A stretch of 61,033 bases of DNA, filler included, from Dimorphilus gyrociliatus (Eukaryota > Animalia > Annelida), in NCBI GenBank assembly GCA_904063045.1. It is 4 parts of 4 records of this genome, joined end to end, with 100 filler letters (N's around TTAATTAATTAA, not from the genome) between each part and the next. Parts side by side here need not be neighbours in the genome. Positions count along the whole stretch, not along the records: positions 39,561 to 47,412 come from CAJFCJ010000299.1; positions 47,513 to 61,033 come from CAJFCJ010000146.1; 2 more parts are not named here. One strand, 5' to 3'. Of this stretch, positions 45,641-57,386 are shown piece after piece. A program made the translations under genes and the position numbers. The stretch's first letter is position 1. Each line of letters begins with the position of its first letter. The notes beneath the pieces were generated by a model. That model did no database searches. It was not told where the DNA came from and saw only the letters and a program-made list of their open reading frames with translations.

Positions 45641-46543
45641 TTACGATGTTTTATAAAGGTTAAATTTCTTTATAATTTGATTAGAAACATCTTCTGCATC
45701 AAGTCTTATGTCATTAATATTACCTCTCCCTAACTTACACCAACCAGAAAAAAATACTGGTTTTTCGGATTTCCATTTCTTTAAATTAGGCTTTTTATAT
45801 CCAATTTCTGATAAAATATCATCACAAACAATCTCTCCTTTGGAATGTGTAACTAATTTTTTGTCATCTCCTATTTCCTCTATTCTAATAGGATATGTAT
45901 CAAAAATAAAATTTACGAAATTCGTTTTTTGTATTAAATTAATTAAGAAGTTTCTTTTTTGTAAAATTTTAAGTTTTAATTCACTTTTGGAACTCCCCTT
46001 TAAAGTAAATAAAGTTTCCTTTTGATGACTTTTAAATTTTCTATTAATATAATTAAAAGTTTTCTTTAATAGAAAATTAGAAAACCTAGCCTTTTCTAGT
46101 GAAGCTCTACACAAAACTTCTATTTTTTTATAATTCTTTTTCAAAGACTCTCTAATTCTATCTAAGGTTACATCTCCACCACCAATAATAACCAATGTCT
46201 TGTTCTCTTCTTCTTTTTTATTATTTTTATTTTTTAATATTTTTTTATCACTAATTAAATTTCCACCTTCAATTTCTAATTTTCTTTTTTTCCCTCCAAT
46301 TGCAACAACACTAGCATCGTAATTTTTAGATAAATTTTTAAAATCACCAGAATTTACTCTTTTTTTATAAACTTGAATATTTTTTGAATTAAAATTAATA
46401 CTTGGTTTTAAAGAGTCTTTAGAAAATTTATTTAATGAATTTAAAGGCTTGTTCTTCTCAAAAACATCAATATTAATAATATTTGGTAGATACTTTGATA
46501 CGTAATAAGCAGATGGTCCACCTCCGATAACACATAATTTCAT
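45641..46543 (-). CDS. ARH1: NADPH:adrenodoxin (ferredoxin) oxidoreductase, reduced ~300-aa form
   Basis: MKLCVIGGGPSAYYVSKYL...IDVFEK (FAD-binding), YDASVVAIG, LVIIGGGDVTLD (NADPH-binding GxGNVAxD variant), C-terminal GWCKLGRGNINDIRLDA (GWxKxGxxGxIxxTxxDA). ATG at 46543 is preceded by CCC. Confidence 0.75.
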   Translation of the reverse strand: MKLCVIGGGPSAYYVSKYLPNIINIDVFEKNKPLNSLNKFSKDSLKPSINFNSKNIQVYKKRVNSGDFKNLSKNYDASVVAIGGKKRKLEIEGGNLISDKKILKNKNNKKEEENKTLVIIGGGDVTLDRIRESLKKNYKKIEVLCRASLEKARFSNFLLKKTFNYINRKFKSHQKETLFTLKGSSKSELKLKILQKRNFLINLIQKTNFVNFIFDTYPIRIEEIGDDKKLVTHSKGEIVCDDILSEIGYKKPNLKKWKSEKPVFFSGWCKLGRGNINDIRLDAEDVSNQIIKKFNLYKTS

Positions 46544-46751
46544 GGGCACATTTTTTATAACATATAGAAAAATTTAAATTCTCTTACATTATATTTGTAT
46601 ATATTTATTATAAAAAAGTAGTAAACAGAAAATCAGTCTTATTTTGTTGATTTAGTATTAAATCATAAATTTATTATTTTTTTTTAAATAAAATTAGAAT
46701 TTCTTCGAACTTTTCTTAAAAAAAACTTTTTTAATTATTTTAACCCCTTTT

Positions 46752-46883
46752 ATGAAAAAAATCAATACTTTTTTAAAATTAAGTGACGATGAAAAACAAA
46801 AAGATATAGAAAATGCAATAAAAGATATGAAATTTGAAGAATTAGACGATATTTATGATTTTTTAAAGTTGTATAAAAAATAA
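46752..46883 (+). CDS. Hypothetical 43-aa protein (MKKINTFLKLSDDEKQKDIENAIKDMKFEELDDIYDFLKLYKK)
   Basis: Below the ORF-track cutoff. ATG preceded by CCCCTTTT; charged helical composition and purine-rich codon pattern like the neighbouring genes. Confidence 0.5.
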   Translation: MKKINTFLKLSDDEKQKDIENAIKDMKFEELDDIYDFLKLYKK

Positions 46884-46984
46884 TTTTTTTTTTGTTTTTT
46901 TAATAAAATTTTAATTTTTTGTAAAAATTTCTACTTTGATAGAATTTATTAAAAAATATACTTAAGTAAAATTTTACCAATAAA

Positions 46985-46988
46985 GGGG
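46985..46988 (+). promoter_or_regulatory. Microsporidian-type CCC/GGG start-proximal motif (also at 46744..46747 +, 46544..46546 -, 42351..42354 -)
   Basis: GGGG-T-ATG (HSF), CCCC-TTTT-ATG (small ORF), CCC-ATG (ARH1) and CCCC-TA-ATG (RhoGAP), in a contig where G/C runs are rare. CCC/GGG-like signals close to start codons are a described feature of microsporidian genes. Confidence 0.65.
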
Positions 46989-46989
46989 T

Positions 46990-47412
46990 ATGGATAATAT
47001 AAATCAGCAAAATCCAAATGTTTCTAAATTTATTAAAAATTTGTACAAAATAGTTAGTGACGACTCTATAAATGAGATAAAATGGAATCAAAATGGTGAT
47101 GGCATTATCATTTTAGACAGAGACAACTTTGTAAAGAATATATTACCGCTATTATCTAAAACAAGAGAATACTCTTCCTTTGTAAGGCAATTGAACTACT
47201 ATGGGTTTAATAAAACCAAAGGACTTTATGAGGAAGGTGATGAATATATCAGTCCCCATTTTAGAATGAATAGAGAAGATTACTTAATTCATATTAAAAG
47301 AGAAAACGGAAAACAAAAAAATACAGAAATAGAAAAATATAAAAACGATAGTGAAAAACTAACACAAGATTTAGACACCCTTAATAACAATAATATAGAG
47401 TTACGCAATCAA
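46990..47412 (+). CDS. HSF1: Heat shock transcription factor (HSF DNA-binding domain + start of coiled coil), truncated by contig end
   Basis: SKFIKNLYKIVSDDSINEIKWNQNGDGIIILDRDNFVKNILPLLSKTREYSSFVRQLNYYGFNK...YISPHFRMNREDYLIHIKR; ATG preceded by GGGGT. Confidence 0.92.
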
Positions 47413-47512
47413 NNNNNNNNNNNNNNNNNNNNNNNNNNNNNNNNNNNNNNNNNNNNTTAATTAATTAANNNNNNNNNNNNNNNNNNNNNNNNNNNNNNNN
47501 NNNNNNNNNNNN
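47413..47512. other. Artificial contig spacer
   Basis: 44 N + TTAATTAATTAA + 44 N. Confidence 0.97.
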
Positions 47513-48909
47513 AAACTGTTAATGTAACTGCTAATTTTCCTACGAAAGGCCGTTTACATTCTGCAAATATTTTACTGTGCCAAAGTGTATGCGATGAAAT
47601 GCAGTCTTGCAGGTGAATTAAATAGTCGATTTTCTTTTATCCGTTCATCATTTAGTGAAAAGATAGTAAAGGATCTTTTCTTTTCTAGTTATTTTGAATT
47701 CGACAGAATGTCAACTTGTACCTTGAAACATTCTACAGCCAACGGGATACATCACATATTTAACAATGAATCTGACATATACGAAAAGGAGTTGAATTGC
47801 GGTAATAAAAGATTATTGTTATGATAATTTATAATTTTCTTTCATTTTTACCTGTAATTATTCCATAGAAGCTAGCCCTCATCCAGGTGAGCTGAAATAG
47901 ATGTTTTTTAGACGGTTTCTTTATTAATTTAAGGCTTTTTATTATAACCTAAATACGTTCCGGAATAGCTTTTGGCTTCCTTAAGAATGCTGGAAAAAAG
48001 TTTGCTCTTTCAAATTTCGGACATATTATATCGCAAAACGTTAATTTATGTAGAAGAGTTTGTTCCAAAATTCCAGATTGCGGGTAAAATTGACGACCTA
48101 ACCCTAACCCTAACGATACAATACATAATAAATACACTTTTAATAGGGGCTTTAATGCTAGAGAAATCTCGAAAATTTGCTATTTTTTTAACAAAACTGG
48201 TAATTTTGAACTTTTAAATTCCGATTCTACATATGCCGCTTATAGAAGACTTAAGGGTAAAATATTAGATAATTGCTTTTAATATCTAATCTCTTAACAA
48301 TCATTATTCATTGAAACGAAATAGACAAACAGTGTTTATTTAAACAAAGCAGTTCTCTGCTGTATTAATCTTTTAAGAAATAGGCCTAACGCTTCAATAT
48401 CATTAGTCTTATTATCATTAGTTAGAATATCCAAATGTTTTGTTGATAGAACGTATCTTTTCCTCTTCCGTCTTGTCTAAAAGAGGTAAAGGAAGAAAAC
48501 TTGAATAAATAGTCGTTTAAAAGAATAGCTATTCACTAGATTCATACAACTTACAAATAGATAGACTGTTTGATAATTTATTATGCCATTAAAAGAATAT
48601 TCGCATTTATTACACAATTCCAACATTTTACAAATATCTCCAACAATTTTCAATATATTTGTAACTTTATAGAAATAATGATGGTTTTTAAATATCTCTA
48701 TTGATTGCGCAATGTCGCTAACTGTTAAGAATTGTTCACTCGATCTTATAAATTGAAAAACTGAAAGGAAAGATATAATAGAAATGTTTGTTTGTTTGTT
48801 TGTTTGTTTGTTTACATTTGGATGATTTTAAATCAACAATATGACTAATTTGATTTTGTCTAAAGAAGGGAAGAAGAAATGAATTTTAATTAGATTCAAA
48901 ACAGTTTCT

Positions 48910-51900
48910 TTACATTTTCCTCTTCTGTCTATCCACTCTTCTTATGTACAATAATCTTAAATCTCTTAGTGTGTATATTAATGGATTAATAACGGAATTA
49001 AGTGGTATTATGGCAACAATTAGAATTACATAGATATCTTTGTTGATGGAAAATTTAAAGAATGCTGAATAGATTCCTTGGAAAGATGAATCGAGTGAGG
49101 AGGAGGAGAAGGAGGAGGAGAAGAAAAAGAGAAAGGTTTCAAAACATGGAGAATATCGGTTTAATTGATATATCAATCGTACTTACCTAATACCGATACT
49201 GGAAACCAACATAGAAAATTGGTTGCAACTATCATAAATGCATTCAATTTGAATTTCTTTTGTTGACTTTGGAATTGTTGTTTATTGATAAGATATTTTG
49301 AACTTAACGTTTCCTTCCATATCATTAAATATAATAGAAATATTATTAAACAGATAATTGATATAAATATTCCAAAAATTATAAATGAAAATTGCCATCC
49401 TTCTGTTTTATCGCTCGTTAGATGTAAGGTAAAACATACTGGACTTTTTGAATAATAAGTCTAATTTTTTTATGTATATACAGTAGTATACTAATAGATT
49501 GTTTACAATATAGACACTTGTTGTTATACTTACAGTATAAGCGAATAGGGGAAAAGATGAAATTACAGCCGAAATAAGAAAATAGAAGGTAACTACAAAA
49601 CACGTGACTAGTGGTGAGAATATCATCTTTAAAGGATTAACTATTATCAAATATCTTTCGATTGTAATCATTAATAAACTGGTGATTGATACTAGAATTG
49701 ACCAACTGCAAAACCATCCAATAAGGTGACAGAATATACTCTTTCGCCAATTATAATCATTCTCAATATAGTTGCCTCTAAAATGCACATCAACGCTTCC
49801 CACCGCAATTAGATAGAGTGATGTACAGAAATCGGCAAGTGATAGGCTTAAATGAAAAAAGTTTTTTCGTCTTTCGTCCACAAAGATTCTATAAAAAAGA
49901 GTTGCGAAATTCTCAACGAATGCGCTTAAAGCCAGAATCCAAAGAACCAATTGTAAAGATTTCGATGATAGAAGATCGGCGCATGAATTGAATATTGATG
50001 TTGACGGATGGCATCTTTCAATACGTTTTGAATATTTCCAAGAGAAACAGCAGAATGAAAAATATTCGCTATATAATCGTTCAAGAGCTTTTAATGGTTT
50101 TATAAGAGAACTCTTATACTCTAACGTTAAAGACGTTCTCCTCAGCGAAAGTTCCCTTAGACCGCTTAACGATTCGAACGTCTCCCTATGAAAATCGTAT
50201 ATATTCGACTCTTCAATAATTAACTTCACTAGAGTTTTTGAATGTTCAAAGAGCCTTTTACTCAAATACGGAATATCTGATGATGAAATATTGATAGATA
50301 TTAACTGGGTGGTATTCAAAAACATCGTTTCCGGTGTAATTTCTAGTTTCGCTTTGAAAATTGTCAAATGTTGTAAATTTTTCAACGGATGAGATAAAAT
50401 TGACGTCATATTCAACAATTTACAATCAATCAATTGAAGATAGACAACGTTAGAGAATTCTTTCGAGATTGAAAAATTCAAGATGTTTGAATTGAAGATT
50501 GATAAGTAAGTGACAGATAATTCCGAACGGATAAGGTCATAATCAATATTTTCCATCATTGATACATTAACGTACTTATATGGATGGAATAGATTTCTAC
50601 GAAGAGAATTCTGATCATTTCCGGTTTTTTTAAATGAACAAAGAATTGTATAGAAATTATGAACTTTGCAGACATCATCAATAGTCAGAGTTCTATTGAA
50701 ATTACAATAATGTTCATCAGTTCCTTTCATACAATCAATTATTCCATTGCATGTGTCATGTAATGGAATATATAAATTCTGTTGTCTACATTTCAAATAT
50801 CCTCTAGGCCTAAAATTATCTGTGCATTCAAGTATTTACTTGTCAAAAAATGTTATTAATAGAATTGACGTTTCTACCGCAATCAAATTCGTCATCGTGA
50901 TAGTTGCAATGAACAATTCCATCGCAAACCTGTTTAATTGATATACAATATCCAACGTATTTACAAAGGTATTGTCCATTTTGGCAAAAAGTTTTATTAC
51001 ACGATTCAACGCTTGAATATGGAAAATGAACTTTTGTTAAAAGATTTCCCATTGATGTATAAACGATAAGGCATTGTTGATTTTTTGAATTTTTCAACTC
51101 TAAACATATTTCCGATTCGGATTTATTGTTTGAATTGCAAAAATTATCATTTTCATCTTTTCCATCTAGACAATTCCATTGTTTATCGCATAGTTTATCT
51201 TTTGGCAAGCATTTATTATCGCATTCGAATTTATTATATTGTTTACATTCTGAAGAAGATGAAGAAGAAGAAGATATATTAAAAACATGTCGACTTGTTA
51301 TCTCCCTTTTATCCTAACCTGTATAATCTTTACCACTAGAGCATTTTTCGTCGCTTTCGTCAAAGCAGTTTTTCTCCTGGTCACAAAAGTACGCTTCATC
51401 AATACATTGCATATTATCGCACCTATATGTTTGTAGAGATAACAAACGGAAGATACGAGATAAGAGATATACCTTTTTCCGTTCGGGCATTCTTTACTTT
51501 CTGAAAGATTAGAGTTAACTTTTCCGACTAAAGAATGTTCTAATTAAAAAGTGTTTGTACCGCAGTAAATCTCATCAAATCTATTTGAACAATCGTAAAC
51601 ATAATCGCAAACGAATTGAACTGGAATTGTTTGAGTCGAATTGCAGTAGAATAATTCAATAATTGTACAATTAATCTCATCTTCTCCGCTAAAACAATCG
51701 TTTCTACCGTCGCAAATATTAATTGAATTAATACATAAATCATTCTCTTTACAATGAAAGAAATGCTTAGGACAAGTTTTAAATTCTTTATTCTCCAAAT
51801 CAGACGTTAGAGAAAACAGGTAATCATCTTTAAATATTAAAATAAGCAGGATTATAGGTATATCTTATCTTATCTCTTAGAAGATTTTGTTTGTAAATAT

Positions 51901-54485
51901 TCTATTAACTTTGTATTTTACAAAAGTTTTCCAAGAAGAAACCTGCTTGACAATTAGTTGGGATAACTGAATAATCCGTGCTCGGATAAATCTTTTTCTC
52001 TTCAAGAAAGAAACATCTTTGACGATTATTCAAATGGAAATTATTTTTAATGTTAAGCGTTCCATGAATATTCAAGCAATCTGGTAAAAATCTATAAACG
52101 TAGTTGAATTTCCCGTTATACCGATTGATTTTGAATTCTACCTCGACTTTGCATTGAATGTAAAACCATAAAATTCGTATGGTTTCCTATCCTCAAATAC
52201 AAGAACACGTCGTCCATTTATGTCTTTAATCACTTTCAATTCTGGAAAAAGAGAGAATTCGACGTCATTTGTAACGTATGTGAAAATATCAAATGCTATA
52301 TACTTCCTGGAGCGCCTCTTAACGATATCGATAAGTTTATTTCATTATCTTGAGTAGCCTTGAGAAAGAAAGCAGCTTCATCTCTCGAATTATAAAATAG
52401 AGATGCATTCCTCAGTTGGCATTCACTGGACGCTTGATTAACCGAAAGTAGACTATTGTGTTTAATTCGTATATAACAAGCATCTTGAAAACTATAAGAA
52501 TTTGGTTGAAGGCAGAGAGTTTCTACGAAAGAATTGAACAGTTTCAAAATTATATATTCAATTAATTTGAATAACTTTGATTATTCTGACACTTTATTAT
52601 AGCATAATAGGCGGTTTGGTAAAACATTACTTGTCTAGTTTGAGAGATAAAATGGATGTACCAGTTTTACTTTACTATATATAGATAGAATGTATAGTTA
52701 CAAACTTATTATTGGCAGGTTTGGTAACTGAAATATTACATTTTGATATATTATATAAAGTTGGACATTGTAAAGAAAATTCATATCCATTTTTAAAAGA
52801 AGAGAACGTTAGATATGCTTTTTCTAATGTACCAGCTTGAAAACCAAAATATCTACACACGGTTACAACTTCAAAGCTTGTCAACTGTTGCAGATCAGTT
52901 TGAAACCAAGCATTTTGATAATAGAGTAGTAGTAATCCTTTATATATTCCTCCGGGGCTTGTAGTTGATCTTGTAAAGTATTCTCTTTCGTTTCTAATCA
53001 ACATGAAATCGTAGTCTAAAGGAGATAGACATCAAAATAGAATAAACATAGAGGACTATTGCATATTGACCAGATATGTTTTTAATGCAGTAGGCAGCTA
53101 AAATGAAACCGCTATAGAATTGACTTTCTTTACATCCGTTTAAAACTCCTTTATTCCATTGGCAATCTGAAAAAGCCGGTACTTTTCGCAATTGCCAAGA
53201 AAAGCTTATTTGAGGACAATCGCTTCCCTTAATGAACATTATTGTTTTTAATAAGAAGAAACTATTTAAAGTGAATGTATTACATCATACATAGAAAGAG
53301 GCAACTGGTTTTATAGGACTATGAATTGGTACTTCCATTTTTCCGTCGGTTCGGCAGGTTAATTCCTTTGCGAGATGATTACTAACAGAACTAAACACTA
53401 GTGGAAAATATCCAAGAGTTTTCGATAGAAACATAAGAGCAGTTGTATTTTCAACATTTCTAAAGAACAAGTGTTGTTTATGAAAATCCGACATTTTAAT
53501 TAGAATAGAATCTACAAATGATTGATTGATTGATTGATTGAATGAATGAATGAATGAATAAACAAACTGTTACCATTAAGACGTTTCTTATCGCAATTTA
53601 TAACTTGAAAATACGAAGAATTACTGTGTTCAATAAAATTCCATTGAATCTTTGTATTTTGAACATTTAATTCAATTTTTCGTTTATCAATTGTACTAGT
53701 ATTGAATATATTTTTATAAAAATGAACTTTATTACAAATATCTTGTTTATTTATAGATTTTTTGATTATTTGATAATTTTTCAATTGAAATCTTAAGAAA
53801 AGAGTAAAAATTTGATTGTTGCGATTTGATAAAGTTTTATTGAAAGCGGCAAAAGTAACTATGAAAAGAAATTTGTAATATTTTATTAAATATTAATCTC
53901 GTTAAAAGAAAAATAAACAATTCCGACTATTTGATTGAATTTTAAAGCATTTCAAACAAAATGAACCGATATAATATGGATTTCTTCGTAAGATTCGCCT
54001 AAAAGTTTCACAAGATAAAATAGGTTGAAAAAAATTTATGAATATTCTTACAAGACGCTTCCTCCAGAACTTCTTACAGGCATTAATGATAAATTATCTA
54101 ATTTTGTTAATTCGTTAATTAGTTAATTAATTAATTAATTAACACCGTCAAAAATACCATTTCTAGGCTGACAAACTTGAGCAATGAAATGATAGTCGTC
54201 GTATCCGAGCATTTTACAAAGTTTTCTATGCTCCTCCATCTTAATATCAACTCCAAAAGCCAGATTATACGTTTGATTAACGTATTTCATTCGAATGAAT
54301 ATTTTACCATAAATAGACGCTTCATCTTCGATTAATGATTTTATATGATAGGTAGCGTTTGTTTCATCCAAATAGGATAAGAAATAGACGTTTTGTCCAA
54401 AGTTACATTGGCAATGCGTGTGTGAAATTGATGAAAATAGATAAAATATTATGAATTTATTAAATGATTTCATTAGTTTTTCCAT
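48910..54485 (-). CDS. GRL101-like (LGR/relaxin-receptor class) GPCR: signal peptide, SRCR-like and C-type-lectin-like modules, several LDLa repeats, LRRs, 7TM; multi-exon
   Basis: Signal MKSFNKFIIFYLFSSISHTHC; SRCR-like LCKMLGY and VCRYFGF; CTL-like DACYIR...ASSECQLRNASL; LDLa exons 51544..51798, ~51340..51440, 50843..51208 and start of 49408..50796; LRRs then CSYFSFCC-like hinge YSEYFSFCC; TM2 LSLADF, TM3 ITIERY, TM6 ATNFLCWFP (unlisted exon ~49190..49460), TM7 NSVINPLIYT. Confidence 0.88.
53518..53560. repeat. Compound microsatellite (ATTG)n(AATG)n in an intron; other SSRs: (TCA)n ~11186..11216, (GTTT)n ~48786..48813, (GA)n ~58572..58588
   Basis: Directly visible tandem units. Confidence 0.9.
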
Positions 54486-54936
54486 TAGAAATGTTTATAT
54501 TTTGTGTTCATATCACATTTCCAAGTGTTAAAAAACACTATAGTTTTCTCTTTTAATGATTATGAAAGAAATACGTATAGGCATCAATGCGATAACGTTA
54601 ATTTATTACTATGACACGTGTTATGATAGTGGTAATTATTCATACCAAGCTTCTTTATCAAAGAAATTTAAGATGTTTGTTGACTCATTACAGAGGGACT
54701 AATACCAGATTTGCTTTCAACACGATTAATTGATCAATTAACTGCTAGTCTCTAAAAATCCAATACCTTTTGTCTCTCAACAGCAAATCAGAGTTCAGTA
54801 ATCTTTTTTGAAAGCTTCAATCTTCTCAATTAAACAGTTACCAATCTTGACTTGAATGGAACAAAAGTTTTAGGCCATGTACGCCTGAATTGAGGGTTGG
54901 GTTAGGGTTAGAGTAAAACTCTAAAAAATGGGACTG

Positions 54937-55012
54937 TACTTTCCCGCCGTGGGAGTTTTCGGTAAGTAAGTACTGATTCAAATAGAATCAAATTATAAGT
55001 AAGCCACTTGGA
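54937..55012. repeat. Dispersed ~70-bp repeat, copy 2, adjacent to GGGTTGGGTTAGGGTTAG (54893..54912)
   Basis: Aligns by eye with 1842..1912. Confidence 0.7.
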
Positions 55013-55707
55013 GGGAATGTTAGGATCAAGGGTTGTTATGTTTTACAATAGCGATGCGAAACAACAACAGGTTTGTGTTGGTAAACCCTTCAGATAGTTC
55101 GGTACCAGTTGATATTCTCAAAAAAGGAAAAAGGGTGGGAAGAATATATTGTATAGGTGTAGCTGGTGGTCACAATGACTAGACTTGGCACGTTGTCATG
55201 ATTTAGAATTTGTTCAACATTACGTCGTACAACCCTAATAAAATCACAAGATGCCGAGAAAGGATAAAGTTCTAATGGCCAACGACGCCAACCGTCCAAA
55301 TCATTATGGACACTACATCTGAAATAGTCACTACGACCGAATCATTAAGCCTTGATGATAAAGAAAAGGTGGAGTAAAGAAATAAATTCGAGGAAAGGTT
55401 AGTTGAAATTAGAACAATGCAATGAAAGCAGAGATGATGAACGACCAGATGGAACGTTCTAACGAAATGAAGCTTACCGATGAATCATGTAATTCATGTG
55501 CATCGATTCAAATACAACAGATGGTACGGTTAAAGAACAAAATGATGGAACTTTGAACATTCAAATTTTTCAAAACAAAGACGATAGAATGAACGTTACC
55601 TGCTATTGACAGACAAATTAATGATGGTTCTTCATCATACAGGACTAGGATTAGCAGTTACTGTTTGAAGCTACCAATTAGGGATGATAGAGTTTTGGGC
55701 AAATGTA

Positions 55708-57386
55708 TAAAATGAAGGTCTAAAATACCCGGACACCGTAAATTTTGATAGGCTGAAGATTAAAAATCTTTTTCTTGATCAAAAAAGATTTTTTTTTCTA
55801 TTTTTTAGCAATGAAATATTAGGCGAAACTTGGATCTACATAGAAATTTCTATCAAATAGTATTTAGATAAGTTTTTACATAATATTTTTCATTTTCATA
55901 TGGTGTATATTTTCATAAGTTTTTTTCTTATTTGGCCGTGAGTCACATTATTCTGGACAATGGTTTGGGGACTAATATTTTTAATACTTCTGTATTTGGT
56001 GACCTTCTTTCTCAATGCATGTACTGATCCTACCCCCCCCCCCCCCCCATTCCAGCGTACAGATTTGGTAGCAAGTCAGGATTTTTGTTTATAAGTTTGT
56101 AGGAGCATTTTTTAATTTTCTCCCATAGTTCATCTTCTGATGTGAATTGTGCCCCATCGTAAACCAAATTTTTGGTCAGGTACCACACATTTTCTATTGG
56201 GCTAAGATCAGGGCTCTTAGCTGGCCAATCAATTGGATGTATGCCGTTCATCCTGAATGCCCTGCTGGTAACTCTTGCAGTATGGCACCCAGCATTATCC
56301 TGCTGGAAGATATAATCTCTCCCCATTTTATCTGAGATTTCTTCTATAACTGGGAGAACATCTTTGACCACAAATGTAGCATAGTTTTCGGCATTCAATC
56401 TTTTGCTTACTCTCCATACCTCAAACACACCATCCGAGGTTATCAGTCCCCAAACCATTACTCCACCTCTGCCCATATTTTTTGTTAATCTCATCTCTTT
56501 TTCCCTGTCATTTGTCCAGGTCCTGAAGTCATCAGGACCACTCAATGAAAACCTTGCCTCATCCATAAATATGACTCTTGACCAATCTAAGTTATCTCGA
56601 ATAGTTTTTAAACAATACTGTTTCCTTCTTTTGCAGTCATTGCTTGTGAGATCAACTCTTTGTCGAATTTGTTTATGACGAAAATTTTGCAATTTCAACT
56701 CTCTCTGAATTGTCTTCAGGCCTACATCTACCTCTAATTCATTTAAAATCTTCCTAGCAGTTACCCTTTCCTTGTTTCTTTTAAGTCTCTTCACAATCCT
56801 ATTCATTCTTGCTACATCTCTTTCTGTGAGTCTCTTTGGACGACCCCTATTCTCTTGTTTGGGTGGCTTATACCTTAAAATGTCGCTAACTGTAGATGAT
56901 GCCATTCCCAAAGCCCTTGCAGTTTCCCTTACTTTCTCCAATTCTTCATATTTCTGGATTACCAGGTTCCTAACCTCTTTTCCCCATGCCATAATGAAAT
57001 AAATGATATAAAAATTAACTTAAGTAGGTAAAATAGATAATAAGTAATCAACTTAACTTGGAAAATTAATTTTGTTGAAAAAAATTTCAGTTTAAGACAT
57101 CTATTTAAACGCAAAACCGGATATAATCCAGATGTACGGTTAATTTGGACTTAATTTTGGCCAAATAAAGAAAAAAACAATAAAAATTAATAAAAAAATT
57201 TTGCTAATAATTTTCACAAATATGATAATTTTCTATAATTTTTTTCAGTATTACATAAATATAACTCTTTCTTCATGGAAATTTAGACAAAAAAACCAAT
57301 TTAAAACAAAGATAACATTTTTGGGGTGTTTTCAAAATTGGCCTATCAAAATTTACAGTGTCCGGGTATTTTAGGCCTTGACTTTA
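55708..57386 (-). mobile_element. Full-length Tc1 (DD34E) element, 1679 bp, 46-bp TIRs
   Basis: TIRs 55708..55753 and 57341..57386 (42/46 identical: TAAA(A/G)T(G/C)AAGG(T/C)CTAAAATACCCGGACAC(C/T)GTAAATTTTGATAGGC). TA at 55706..55707; right flank reads TT. Confidence 0.92.
55981..56992 (-). CDS. Tc1 transposase, DD34E; listed ORF ends early at 56030 because of a C16 run
   Basis: HTH region with GRPK, WSRVIFMDEARF, VMVWG, FQQDNAGCH, WPAKSPDLSPIENVW (34 residues between D and E). Removing one G from 56033..56048 gives the expected end ...GGRISTCIEKEGHQIQKY* (TAA 55983..55981). Confidence 0.88.

Larger units (their letters stand above)
39561..47412. other. Foreign contig, most likely microsporidian (co-sequenced parasite)
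   Basis: Intronless, shortened and highly divergent eukaryotic housekeeping genes with Lys/Ile/Asn bias; CCC/GGG directly before four ATGs; none of the repeat or gene families shared by contigs 1, 2 and 4. Confidence 0.8.

Noticed and set aside
45708-46025. 105-aa plus-strand ORF
   Set aside because: Antisense to ARH1.
39561-47412. Horizontal transfer of parasite genes into the host chromosome, or a bacterial contaminant
   Set aside because: The segment is bounded by artificial spacers, so no host junction is visible; HSF and RhoGAP are eukaryote-specific and there are no Shine-Dalgarno or operon features.
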